Position numbers and translations under genes: made by a program. The notes beneath the pieces are model-generated. The model had not been told where the DNA came from and did not search any database. It saw only the letters and a program-made list of their open reading frames with translations. From Patescibacteria group bacterium (GTDB taxonomy: Bacteria; Patescibacteriota; Microgenomatia; UBA8517), in assembly GCA_038062915.1 (NCBI GenBank), contig JBBTWD010000004.1, forward strand, positions 1 through 57,212: a DNA stretch of 57,212 bases, written 5' to 3'. Below are positions 7,848-17,262 of the stretch, piece by piece. Positions within the stretch are counted from its first letter, which is position 1. Each line of letters begins with the position of its first letter.

Positions 7848-10214
7848 TTATACCCTAAAGTTTGTTTGTAATTCCTCAAAAACATGAGGTAGTTTATTAT
7901 CAAAAACTTGGTTTACCTCTTGGTAATCTGCTCCAATAATTCTGCTATAGACTGGGTTATTAAATATATCTTCTGCGGTCATCTTTCTTTTTTCGACAAT
8001 GTTCTCTGAAACAATGTCTTTCAAATCATTAAGAATCCCTATTTGTTTGTCATTAAAATCATAGGTTTTAATATAAGACTCAAATCCGCTTTCGATGCGC
8101 TCTTTTGGAGTTGGAATCTTTTTAATTTTCAACGCGTGTAGGAAAAAATCCCAGATTGAACCCTGTTCAAATCCATATATCTTCTGTAATTGTCCCTCAT
8201 CTAGATATACGTTGGGGTTTTTAATCCATTGCTTAATAGTATTGACTTCTTCTTCACTTGGTTGATAAGTTATATTTTTCTCTACTTTCTCTTTTAAACT
8301 CAGAATTTCTTGTTTTTTTGCTTTTTGTAATTCATTTTCAAACAACAATCTTGCGACTTCTATTGGAATATTATCTACGACTTTAACTTTATTCCCATGA
8401 AGATATACCCTTTGAATTAAGTGTGCAGGATCAGGATTATCAATAATGAACCATTCACCCTTTGGTCCTGGGAAAGGATCCTTACCTTTCCCCTTACGTT
8501 TTACTATGTGTGTATTCTCTATCAGTGTTCCTTTTCCATCGTCGTTCATTAGTGCACATAGACCAACAAAATCTAATACCTTAAAACTAAATTTTCCTGA
8601 TTTTGGATCTAGTCGGGTTCCGCGACCAAGCATCTGAATGTATTTGCCTACAGATTTAGTTAAAGCCGTAAAGGATATATATCGGACACAAGGAATATCT
8701 ACCCCTGTCCCTAAAATATCTACTGATACAGCAATAAAAGGTTTATGGTTTATATCTTTAAACCACTTTTTGAAGGTAGCGTTTAAATCGTTATTGTCTG
8801 AGATAATTGCTTCCGCATAACGGGGACTTGTTTCATCATTAGGCGCAGCAAACACCTTATTTATTGCCTGTGCCAACAAAATACAATGTGCTTGGCTCAC
8901 TCCAAACAAGATAACCTTCTCTCCGTATGTGGTATTCGCTTTAAGTTCTTCGGCAATTCTCATACACCTGTCTTCCGATATATATTTACGCTCCAATTGT
9001 TCTAGCATTAACTTCTTTGACTGATCAAGTTCAATTTTTTTCCTCTCATCAGGGTCAAACACATAAGAAAACTCCACACCTTTCTCACGAGCAAGTTTTG
9101 TCAATTCAGTTTCAATAGATAAGACTGAATATGGAGCCAAAAATCCTTCACTTATACCTCTACCTAGGTCAAATTGATAATCCGGTTCACCTGTTTCGCA
9201 TCCGAACATCTTATATGTATCCAAAATTGCGAGGTCTTCTTCTGAAATATCCTTACCCTTTGCAGAAATTGCCTTTTTAGGAGTAGCTGTTAATCCAATT
9301 CGGGGACATAAGAAATGGTCAAAGATCAACTTACGGTTGATATTTATAGAACGGTGACATTCGTCAACAATGATCAAATCATAAAAGGAATTTGGGAAAT
9401 CTTGATAAATATTTTCCAAGGTGTCTATCACAACTATATGGATTTGTGCATTTTTATATTGTCTAAAATTTGAAGAAGTAATTCGAACAGCAGAAAATTC
9501 CTTGCTAATGAGCGAGAATCCATCATTTAAAGCTTGTTCTGCCAACATTACTCGATCAACAATAAAAAGAACTCGCCTAGCCATATTGTGCTCTAATAAA
9601 GCTTTTGTAAAAGCAACCATGGTTCTGGTTTTCCCTAAACCAGTAGCCATATGGACAAGCATTTTTTGCTTTCCTTCCTTGAATTTATTTATCAGAACTT
9701 GAATACACTCAGTTTGAAAATAAGTTTCTTTTCCGCAGCTAGGATTAATTCCTCCTGCTATGTTCTTATCAATGAATATTTCTCTGTCTAAATTAATCTT
9801 TTTAGCCTGTTCGTTTTTTACAAGCATTTCCTCAAGAGGCATAAATGAATCAACTCGTTTAAATTCCCCTGCTTCTAATCCTTTCCATTCGGTGTCGTAA
9901 AAAAGAATCCTTTCAGGAGAGCAAGCATATAAAAATCTAGGTTTTAAAACAGTGGCATAAAGCGTACGGAGTCTTGTTAGGGCCTTCTTCTCATCTTCAA
10001 ATTTATTTTCAAACACTGCTAGAATGTTCCCGTTGAGATCAGTTAGTGTAATATCGGGTCTAATACTTTTTCTTCCTTCAAAAATTTTTTGTTGTTCAGG
10101 GGTAAGAATATATTCTTGCTGATAAAGCAATGTGTCACCAGGTTTCCAACCGATATTCTTTAATTGTTCAACAACTTTCAAGTCTGTATCTGTAGCCTCA
10201 TTAATTTTTCCCAT
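7848..10214 (-). CDS. hsdR: Type I restriction enzyme R subunit
   Basis: N-terminal PD-(D/E)xK (IRPDITL...VFENKFEDE), helicase motif I MATGLGKTRT and motif II VDECHRS. The C-terminal tail resembles the short EcoEI-type HsdR C-terminus. Lies 5 nt upstream of hsdM/S. Confidence 0.85.
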   Translation of the reverse strand: MGKINEATDTDLKVVEQLKNIGWKPGDTLLYQQEYILTPEQQKIFEGRKSIRPDITLTDLNGNILAVFENKFEDEKKALTRLRTLYATVLKPRFLYACSPERILFYDTEWKGLEAGEFKRVDSFMPLEEMLVKNEQAKKINLDREIFIDKNIAGGINPSCGKETYFQTECIQVLINKFKEGKQKMLVHMATGLGKTRTMVAFTKALLEHNMARRVLFIVDRVMLAEQALNDGFSLISKEFSAVRITSSNFRQYKNAQIHIVVIDTLENIYQDFPNSFYDLIIVDECHRSININRKLIFDHFLCPRIGLTATPKKAISAKGKDISEEDLAILDTYKMFGCETGEPDYQFDLGRGISEGFLAPYSVLSIETELTKLAREKGVEFSYVFDPDERKKIELDQSKKLMLEQLERKYISEDRCMRIAEELKANTTYGEKVILFGVSQAHCILLAQAINKVFAAPNDETSPRYAEAIISDNNDLNATFKKWFKDINHKPFIAVSVDILGTGVDIPCVRYISFTALTKSVGKYIQMLGRGTRLDPKSGKFSFKVLDFVGLCALMNDDGKGTLIENTHIVKRKGKGKDPFPGPKGEWFIIDNPDPAHLIQRVYLHGNKVKVVDNIPIEVARLLFENELQKAKKQEILSLKEKVEKNITYQPSEEEVNTIKQWIKNPNVYLDEGQLQKIYGFEQGSIWDFFLHALKIKKIPTPKERIESGFESYIKTYDFNDKQIGILNDLKDIVSENIVEKRKMTAEDIFNNPVYSRIIGADYQEVNQVFDNKLPHVFEELQTNFRV

Positions 10215-10267
10215 TCCTGCTCTATTTTACTACCAAGGAAGTAAATTAGCGATGGAATCCTTTGAAG

Positions 10268-10615
10268 TTATAAATATTTTCTTAAAATCACATGTTTAAA
10301 GTACTTTTCCTGAAATTCAACCAGTTTTTCAACTTCTTCGTCTGAAAAGTCTTCGCCGTTTGGTGTTACTATTAATTTATCGTCATTGTCATTTGTTCGA
10401 TGAATTACGGCAATACAAACTCCAATAATTTTATTAATTGGTTTGTCTATTCCTAAAACATATACATCCTGCTCTTCCCCATCGGGAGATTTTGTATTCG
10501 GAATATAACCGTAATTAACTTCATAGGTAAAATCATGCCTAGGGTGTTTTGAACCAAGTGGTCTGTCAATAACAACATTTACCTTTTGACCTAAAAAACT
10601 TAACGAATTAATCAT
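10268..10615 (-). CDS. Short inorganic-pyrophosphatase-family protein
   Basis: NYGYIPNT, DGEEQDVYVLG (compare DGDPLDVLVL) and DDKLIV resemble family I PPase core motifs. The N-terminal part is shortened. Confidence 0.5.
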   Translation of the reverse strand: MINSLSFLGQKVNVVIDRPLGSKHPRHDFTYEVNYGYIPNTKSPDGEEQDVYVLGIDKPINKIIGVCIAVIHRTNDNDDKLIVTPNGEDFSDEEVEKLVEFQEKYFKHVILRKYL

Positions 10616-11374
10616 TTACTTATTTTTTCGGGTAACTACGACGATTCTATGTCTAGGTAAAACAATTCCTTTTGAAGTAGTATTTTCTGAAACGTATTTT
10701 TTAAGTAGACATTTGTCTTTTTGAGAATCATAATCTTCAAAAATGGGAACGCCCTGTAAGAAAAAATCAAGCTCTTCATAAGAAGGATAGTATTCAAAGG
10801 CATAGTAATTTTTGGCAAAGACAACTTTAAAACCAAGGTTTTGAAGTTCTTTTAAGTCTTGGTCTAATCTTGATTTGTCCCATTTTCCGTAACCTTGTCC
10901 TCTCCCAAATATCTTTTTAAGTTCCATCGTGTCCTTCTCGCCTATTCCAATTTCAAGATAATAACCATTTGCTTTAAGAATCCGGTGGTATTCCCCGTAA
11001 TAAGATGGTCCTCTTCGGCAATAAGCCAGATCAAAAAAGGAATCCTTAAACAAAGTATGGCTGGCATCCTGAAGTGAGTATTCGACATTTTGACTTCTTT
11101 TATCATTACTATAGCTCTGTGCAATTTCCAGATTTATCTTTGAAGTGTCAATTCCGTATACCTTTTTGAAATAGGGAGCTACCGAAAGAGTAAATTTACC
11201 GTCAGCACAACCGATATCCAATACGATTTTATCTTTTGAACTTAATTCCAAAAGTTTTTCTTTAAAAATCTTTTCAGGATCACCAGTCGGATACTCTCTT
11301 TTATATCGCGCATTCGGGCTATAACCATAACCTCCGAATTTCCTGGCAATTTTATCGTAAAAGTTTTTAACCAT
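10616..11374 (-). CDS. Class I SAM-dependent methyltransferase
   Basis: Motif I VLDIGCADGKFT and an overall Methyltransf_11-like layout. Confidence 0.8.
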   Translation of the reverse strand: MVKNFYDKIARKFGGYGYSPNARYKREYPTGDPEKIFKEKLLELSSKDKIVLDIGCADGKFTLSVAPYFKKVYGIDTSKINLEIAQSYSNDKRSQNVEYSLQDASHTLFKDSFFDLAYCRRGPSYYGEYHRILKANGYYLEIGIGEKDTMELKKIFGRGQGYGKWDKSRLDQDLKELQNLGFKVVFAKNYYAFEYYPSYEELDFFLQGVPIFEDYDSQKDKCLLKKYVSENTTSKGIVLPRHRIVVVTRKNK

Positions 11375-11416
11375 ATTATGTGCATTTTAGCAGATTTGAT
11401 ATGATTAATTTACGAG

Positions 11417-12013
11417 ATGAATACTTTTTATTTAATCAGACATGGACAGAAAGTCGGAGAAGCAGGAGATTCCGGCCTTACTGAATTAGGAAAAATCCAA
11501 GCGGAAAAGACTGCAGAATTTTTAAATGACAAAAAGATTTTCAAAATCTATTCCAGTACTTTTGCAAGAGCTAAGGAAACTGCAGAGATTATTAATAAAA
11601 CTTTAAAAGTCGGGATTGTTTTTGACGATAGATTAAGAGAAAGAATGAATTGGGGCTCAGTTCCCAATCAAACACTTGAAGAGTTTTTGAAAGAATGGGA
11701 ATATTCAAATCTTCATAGAGAATTTAAACCAAAAGCGGGCATTTCTTCGCTACAATCAGGAAAAGATGCTCTTAATGTAATATCTGAGATATCAACCTTT
11801 TTCCCTAATTCTAATATTGCCATAATAACCCATGGTGGAGTTATTTGTGATTTATTAAGAAATATTTTTTTAGACAGTGAACTTATAAAACTACAACCAG
11901 ATTTTCCGGAAAAATTAGACAGACTAATTAAAGAATGTTCGATAACCATACTTAATAAAAATGATGATAAATATTCTTTAAAAGAAATTGGAGCGGTTGA
12001 TCATCTTGTATGA
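11417..12013 (+). CDS. Histidine phosphatase (phosphoglycerate mutase-like) family protein
   Basis: N-terminal FYLIRHGQ (RHG motif) and a C-terminal ITHGGV. Confidence 0.8.
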   Translation: MNTFYLIRHGQKVGEAGDSGLTELGKIQAEKTAEFLNDKKIFKIYSSTFARAKETAEIINKTLKVGIVFDDRLRERMNWGSVPNQTLEEFLKEWEYSNLHREFKPKAGISSLQSGKDALNVISEISTFFPNSNIAIITHGGVICDLLRNIFLDSELIKLQPDFPEKLDRLIKECSITILNKNDDKYSLKEIGAVDHLV

Positions 12014-12423
12014 ATAATCTTAAAACAACTCTTCAGAAAATCGGAAATAATAAAGATGTACCAATAGCATTTATATTCAAAGATGACAAAGTATTGATCG
12101 GCTTAAGAAACTACACGCCTGACAAGTGGAAAAATATTTCTATATGGACAGTTCCGGGCGGAAGATGTGGTGACAATGAGACTATGGAAACAACACTTAG
12201 AAGAGAAGTTTTGGAAGAAGTCGGTATCGATGATCTTAAAATCATCGAATATTTAGGAAGTGTTCCCGGAGCCAAAGAAGGAGATACTGTATTTGTTTTC
12301 AAAGCAGAAACTACTCAAGAACCAAAACTCATGGAACCTAAAAAATTTAGTGAATGGAAATGGTGTGAAATTTCCGAAATTCCCTCAAATTTCATAAATT
12401 CTGACGCTCTTAAATTAATTTGA
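12010..12423 (+). CDS. NUDIX hydrolase
   Basis: Nudix box GGRCGDNETMETTLRREVLEEVGI. 4-nt overlap with the upstream phosphatase gene. Confidence 0.85.
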   Translation: MNNLKTTLQKIGNNKDVPIAFIFKDDKVLIGLRNYTPDKWKNISIWTVPGGRCGDNETMETTLRREVLEEVGIDDLKIIEYLGSVPGAKEGDTVFVFKAETTQEPKLMEPKKFSEWKWCEISEIPSNFINSDALKLI

Positions 12424-12442
12424 GACACTCTTTTATTTTGGT

Positions 12443-13429
12443 TTAGTGTTCGATTATTCGAAGTGATTGGCTTTCACTTGTTGCCTCTACTTTGCAAGTG
12501 CCGCCAACCGGAAAACTAATTATCGGGGATGTGTGGCCAAAGTCGATATTAGCCAGAACAGGGATATTATTTAATTCCTTCTTGGTTTTGATAATTTGGG
12601 TTAGGAGACTATTAGTTATCTCGCTTTCTTTTTGGAACCTACCGATTACAATTCCATTAACTTCTGAAAAATCAGGCAAGTGAATTAAGGATTGCAGATT
12701 TCTGTCAAAATCGAAAGATTTTGATGTTTCATCATCCTCAAGGAATAGAATCGAGTTGTTAAGAGAAGGCATGTACTCCGTTCCCTGAAAGAGGTTAAAA
12801 GTACATAAGTTTGCCCCTAAAATTGTTCCTTCAGCATTTCCCTCGTTTATCACAAGCCAACCCTCATTCGGAATTAATTTTCTGTTATCTTGATCTTTGT
12901 ACCACTTATCATCGCTCCAAGACCCGCTCGGTTTTATTTCAAACGGATCATTCTTAAATAAACATTTTTTAAAATAGTCTAATGTATAGTCAAAATACAG
13001 CTTTTGCCCAAAGGTTGAATATTGGGGGGCAGAATATGTAACAAGACCCGTTTTTGCAAATATCGAATCATTTAAGGCAGTAATGTCGGAGTAGCCGCAA
13101 ATTATTTTTGGGTTATTTTTAATCAAATCCCAATCGATATATTTGAGTAGTTGGTTCGAGTTAAATCCGCCAATCACAGTAAAAACCGCTTTAACATTTT
13201 TGTCGGAAAAAGCTTCATGCAGGTCTTCAATACGCGATTCGATTGAAGATGAAGCGAAATCATCCATTTCATCTAGGTGTTTACCAAAAGATATCTTAAG
13301 ACCTAATTCTTCAATTCTTTTGTTTGCTATTTCTCTATTTTCTTTGCTGATAATTGCTAGTGATCTTGCCGGCGCGATAACGCGTACTTCATCCCCAATT
13401 TTTAATTTGTTTGGAAATATTTTACCCAT
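12443..13429 (-). CDS. S66 peptidase (LD-carboxypeptidase LdcA / MccF family)
   Basis: Nucleophile motif CGYSDITAL, a C-terminal IDFGHTSP and a family-typical length. Confidence 0.8.
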   Translation of the reverse strand: MGKIFPNKLKIGDEVRVIAPARSLAIISKENREIANKRIEELGLKISFGKHLDEMDDFASSSIESRIEDLHEAFSDKNVKAVFTVIGGFNSNQLLKYIDWDLIKNNPKIICGYSDITALNDSIFAKTGLVTYSAPQYSTFGQKLYFDYTLDYFKKCLFKNDPFEIKPSGSWSDDKWYKDQDNRKLIPNEGWLVINEGNAEGTILGANLCTFNLFQGTEYMPSLNNSILFLEDDETSKSFDFDRNLQSLIHLPDFSEVNGIVIGRFQKESEITNSLLTQIIKTKKELNNIPVLANIDFGHTSPIISFPVGGTCKVEATSESQSLRIIEH

Positions 13430-13478
13430 AATCCAAGTATACCAGAATAGCTGTTCGTGCTAGAATCAAAGAGTAATT

Positions 13479-14078
13479 ATGGACGAAATAGAAATAAGAG
13501 GAAAAATAAATAAAGGGGAATTTGAAATACTTACAGCTTTCCTTACTAAGAATGCTGAACTTATGGATGAATACGACAGGTTTACTGTTGATATTTCCCC
13601 GGGTTTTGATCCAAAGGCCCGAAATTGGGATCAGATAAACAAAAAATTAACCAATAATCAAATTGACTTACGAATAAAGAAATCCGGAAAGAATGAAAAG
13701 ATTGTGGTTAAGATTGGACACTATGCCTCCAAAAACAGGGAAGAATTTGAAATAGACCTAAGAGAAGGTGAACTTGTCGATGCTCTGAGACTTTTTGAGG
13801 CCTTGGGTTTCAAAAGCGGCATGATTTATAGCTGGAAAAGCAAAATATATAAATACAAAAATTTTGAGATTAAGATAAACGAATACCCGAACGGATATCG
13901 AGATTGGGAAATAGAATCTGAAAATCCGGAAAGTGATCCGAATGATTTGGCAAGAGAGTTATTTTTAAATCCTTTTACCGAAGAAGAATTCCAAAAAGAA
14001 ATTGATTGGAAAAATAATAACCTCCATGATCTTTATTCTCTGGAAAAAGTTAAGGAGATACTGGAAAAACTTAAATAA
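13479..14078 (+). CDS. CYTH (triphosphate tunnel metalloenzyme) domain protein
   Basis: N-terminal EIEIRGK (ExExK-like), then LRIKK, EFEIDL and a C-terminal WEIESE, in the spacing typical of CyaB/ThTPase-like proteins. Confidence 0.55.
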   Translation: MDEIEIRGKINKGEFEILTAFLTKNAELMDEYDRFTVDISPGFDPKARNWDQINKKLTNNQIDLRIKKSGKNEKIVVKIGHYASKNREEFEIDLREGELVDALRLFEALGFKSGMIYSWKSKIYKYKNFEIKINEYPNGYRDWEIESENPESDPNDLARELFLNPFTEEEFQKEIDWKNNNLHDLYSLEKVKEILEKLK

Positions 14079-14086
14079 ATTTAAAA

Positions 14087-15157
14087 ATGCTTAATCAAGA
14101 TGAAATTGATTATTTAAGCAAAATTCCAATAGGAAAGAAAATTAGTATCTATCCGTTTGATTCAAAAGTTACTAAAGTCGTTGAAGATCTAACTCAATCA
14201 ATAAACAATGTCTTTCCGGATTTGAAAGTTAAACATATGGGCGCATCTGCTTTGGAAATTTCTGGTCAAAACGACATCGATATCTATGCATTTTCAGATC
14301 CCTCCGATTTTAAAAAATATCTCCTGGGCCTGATCAATCTTTTTGGAAAACCGCAGCACAAACACGAAACTTTCATTGAATGGAAATTTACAAAAGACAA
14401 TTTCGATATCGAGTTTTATTTAACCGCAAAGGATTCAGGTACAATGAAAAGACAAATTGCAGTTTTCGAAATACTTAAAAACAACAATGATTTACTTAAG
14501 GAGTATGAGAAATTAAAAGAATCAATGAACGAAAAATCTTTCAGAGAATATCAAGAGAAAAAGTATGAGTTTTACCACAGGATTTTAGACAATAAAACTA
14601 AGGCAATTTTATTTGATCTGGTTGGAGTTCTGGTTTTCAAAAAAGATAATTATATCGCAACTTCAGTTGATGAAATTAACGCTCAGAATATCGAGAACTT
14701 ATTTAATCATGTAGACGATCAAAGATTGTTTATAGATATTAAGGAAAAACTTAATTTAAACGATGATGAAATTAAAAAAGCTCTTCCATACATCCCATCT
14801 AAGTTTGAAAAGTTTAATAAACTCTGGGAAATTCTCCCTGATCTCAAAAAACAATATAAACTCGCCGTTATAAATAACGGCAATTCGATAGCTCTAAAAT
14901 ACTGGAGAGAAAAGTTTGACTTTAGTATTTTTGATTTATATATTAATTCGGGAGAGCTTGGGATTAGAAAACCTGACCCAAAAATATATTTACTCACCTG
15001 TGAGAAATTAAGTGTAAAACCAGAAGAATGTTTATTCATGGATGATTCGTTGGAAAATATTGAATCGGCAAAGAAATTGGGGATAAAAACTATTTGGTGG
15101 AATAAAAACGAAAACAAAGAAGAATTGCTTACCGAATTTAAAAAACTGATAGAATAA
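14087..15157 (+). CDS. Fusion of a GrpB-like nucleotidyltransferase-fold domain and a HAD-superfamily hydrolase domain
   Basis: The N-terminal half has HMGASALEISGQNDIDI (GrpB-like). The C-terminal half has ILFDLVGVL, IRKPDPKIY and FMDDSLENIESAKKLG (HAD motifs I-IV). Confidence 0.55.
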   Translation: MLNQDEIDYLSKIPIGKKISIYPFDSKVTKVVEDLTQSINNVFPDLKVKHMGASALEISGQNDIDIYAFSDPSDFKKYLLGLINLFGKPQHKHETFIEWKFTKDNFDIEFYLTAKDSGTMKRQIAVFEILKNNNDLLKEYEKLKESMNEKSFREYQEKKYEFYHRILDNKTKAILFDLVGVLVFKKDNYIATSVDEINAQNIENLFNHVDDQRLFIDIKEKLNLNDDEIKKALPYIPSKFEKFNKLWEILPDLKKQYKLAVINNGNSIALKYWREKFDFSIFDLYINSGELGIRKPDPKIYLLTCEKLSVKPEECLFMDDSLENIESAKKLGIKTIWWNKNENKEELLTEFKKLIE

Positions 15158-15215
15158 CTTAGATGGAAGACAAACCAAGAATAAAGATCAGATTGAGAAT
15201 GGATAGTAAGTAAAC

Positions 15216-15530
15216 TTATTTTTCACTCTTTATTCTATGTCTTTCTTTTAATTCATCTAAAATGTCTTGTGGTGAAATATTTAAGAAAGCCATTAATACC
15301 CATAAGTGAAAAAATAAGTCTGTTGCTTCATGAATAAGAGATTTTTTATCTTGTTTATCTTTAGCTACCTCAATTGCTAATTCCGTTGTTTCTTCTCCGA
15401 CTTTCTGTGAAATTCTATCTTTACCGCCCTCGGCCAGCGAAGACACATAAGAATCATCAGAAGGGTTTTTAATTCGCTCCTGTATTATTTTAAATAAATC
15501 ATCAAAATCGTTTAAATCTGTCATTTTCAA
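15216..15530 (-). CDS. hisE: Phosphoribosyl-ATP pyrophosphatase
   Basis: EETTELAIE...EATDLFFHLWVLM is the typical MazG-like HisE pattern. 4-nt overlap with hisI. Confidence 0.8.
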   Translation of the reverse strand: MKMTDLNDFDDLFKIIQERIKNPSDDSYVSSLAEGGKDRISQKVGEETTELAIEVAKDKQDKKSLIHEATDLFFHLWVLMAFLNISPQDILDELKERHRIKSEK

Positions 15531-15850
15531 ACAAGTTTATTAAAAAAACACGATCTCGATCCTGTGTGGCAAACATTTTTACCAATTAACTCTGCCTCAA
15601 CCAATAAGGAATCATTATCGCAATCAAATATAATTCCCAACACCTTTAGTTTATTTCCTGATTTTTCCCCTTTCAACCATATTTTATTTCTGCTTCTACT
15701 CCAAAAGTGTACCCATTTAGTGTCTATGGTCAGCGCTAAAGCCTCTTCATTCATAAATCCTACCATTAGAACATCTTTCGTCTTTGCATCCTGTACAACC
15801 GCAGGAATTAATCCGTTTCCTTTTTCAAAATTAATAGTTTCTATATTCAT
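15527..15850 (-). CDS. hisI: Phosphoribosyl-AMP cyclohydrolase
   Basis: GLIPAVVQD, HFWSRSRNKIWLKGEKSGN, DCDNDSLL and CHTGSRSCF are the HisI signature blocks. Confidence 0.85.
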   Translation of the reverse strand: MNIETINFEKGNGLIPAVVQDAKTKDVLMVGFMNEEALALTIDTKWVHFWSRSRNKIWLKGEKSGNKLKVLGIIFDCDNDSLLVEAELIGKNVCHTGSRSCFFNKLV

Positions 15851-15870
15851 CTTAATTTTCCTTTAATAAA

Positions 15871-16581
15871 CTAGGAATTAAACACTTTCTTCGCATCAGA
15901 ATAATTAATTCCTTTATTATATAAAGCTGTTCCCACTATAATTGAATCCGCACCAGCATTCTTTAAAACCCTTATGTCACCCAGTGACGATACTCCACCA
16001 CTGTAAATAACAATGCTATTCTTTATTATACTTCTTACTTTTTCAAATCCCGACAAATTAACACCGCCAATTAACTTAGTATTTTCACTAACATAAATAA
16101 CATTCTTCACTTTGTTGTTTGCCAATAACATGGAGAAGTCTGTAGTATTAATATTTTTATTATTGGCCAACGAACCATTTCGATCATCAACAGAAACTAT
16201 CAAACGTCGTCCAAATAATTTTACCCAGCTCTTTATAAGATTTGGGGTTTTAGCAAACAGTCTGCCAATAATAAAATAGTCTGATTGGTTGTTTAAAAAT
16301 TCGGCCGCTGTTTTTACTGACTCAATATTCCCACCTCCCACAATCTTTGCGTCTCGACACCTCTTCTTTATATTTTTTATTATTAAATAATTCTCTGTTA
16401 TTACTTGTAATACTTTAAATCCATCTTGATAAAAATATTCGGCAATTCTGATAAAATCGGCTCCTTTTCTGTCATTTTTATTAATTAATGAGGGAAAAAT
16501 ACGATTAAATTTTAGTGTTTTAAGATATTCTTCTTCTACACAGGGAATAACTATCCCTTTAAGATCTCTTAGATTATTCAT
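15871..16581 (-). CDS. HisA/HisF-family (beta/alpha)8 barrel, HisA-like but divergent
   Basis: IIPCVEE, GGGNIES, VSVDDRNG and YSGGVSSLGDI...IIVGTALY. The C-terminal half is HisA-like. The first catalytic Asp position reads Glu. Confidence 0.6.
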   Translation of the reverse strand: MNNLRDLKGIVIPCVEEEYLKTLKFNRIFPSLINKNDRKGADFIRIAEYFYQDGFKVLQVITENYLIIKNIKKRCRDAKIVGGGNIESVKTAAEFLNNQSDYFIIGRLFAKTPNLIKSWVKLFGRRLIVSVDDRNGSLANNKNINTTDFSMLLANNKVKNVIYVSENTKLIGGVNLSGFEKVRSIIKNSIVIYSGGVSSLGDIRVLKNAGADSIIVGTALYNKGINYSDAKKVFNS

Positions 16582-17255
16582 TTCTTAATGAATTGTCTGT
16601 AATATGCCATCTTGTTTTTTAATTTTATAGATTTTTTGTTTGCAATTATGACAGGATGGAAGACAGCAATTGGTTTCCCCAATCGAATGAGTGAATTGTT
16701 TCTTAAGCTTTTCCCTGTAATAGAAATATCCGCTATTGCATCAATTCTTTTACCTAGCCATTTGCCGTAAGGCATTGCTTCTGCACTACCTTGTATTTTT
16801 ATTATTCTTATTTTTTCTCTTAAGTCAACGGAGTCAAGATAACTATTTACCGATTTTGGGAATTGGGTAGCTATCGTTTTTATATCTGACATACTCTTAA
16901 TTGAAGAGTCTAGTGGTATAGCTATAACAAGTGGCCAAGAAATTTTACTCAGTGTTTTAATTTTAACTATTCTGTTTTCAAAATTGCCTTCATGTATTCG
17001 ATCTGAACCAACTACGCCTAGATCGACAAAACCACTTTTTACAATATCGCATACCATTTTGTCCTTTATATAGATGATCCCTATTTCTCCATTCTTTGTG
17101 GAATTCGAAAACGTTCTAAATCTCCGATTATAAGCTGGTATTCTCGCTTGTAACCCTTTGCTTAAAACATTTTTTGCTATTCTCGAAATGTGACCCTCCC
17201 TTTGCAAGCATATTTTGAATTTCGATGTTTCGAAATAATTTAATTTATTCTTCAT
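16578..17255 (-). CDS. hisG: ATP phosphoribosyltransferase, short form
   Basis: FKICLQREGH, DIVKSGFVDLGVVGSDRIHE, IATQFPKSV and GSAEAMP...DAIADISITGKSLRNNSL align with HisG blocks. At 225 aa it lacks the long-form C-terminal domain. Confidence 0.65.
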   Translation of the reverse strand: MKNKLNYFETSKFKICLQREGHISRIAKNVLSKGLQARIPAYNRRFRTFSNSTKNGEIGIIYIKDKMVCDIVKSGFVDLGVVGSDRIHEGNFENRIVKIKTLSKISWPLVIAIPLDSSIKSMSDIKTIATQFPKSVNSYLDSVDLREKIRIIKIQGSAEAMPYGKWLGKRIDAIADISITGKSLRNNSLIRLGKPIAVFHPVIIANKKSIKLKNKMAYYRQFIKK

Positions 17256-17262
17256 TAAAATA

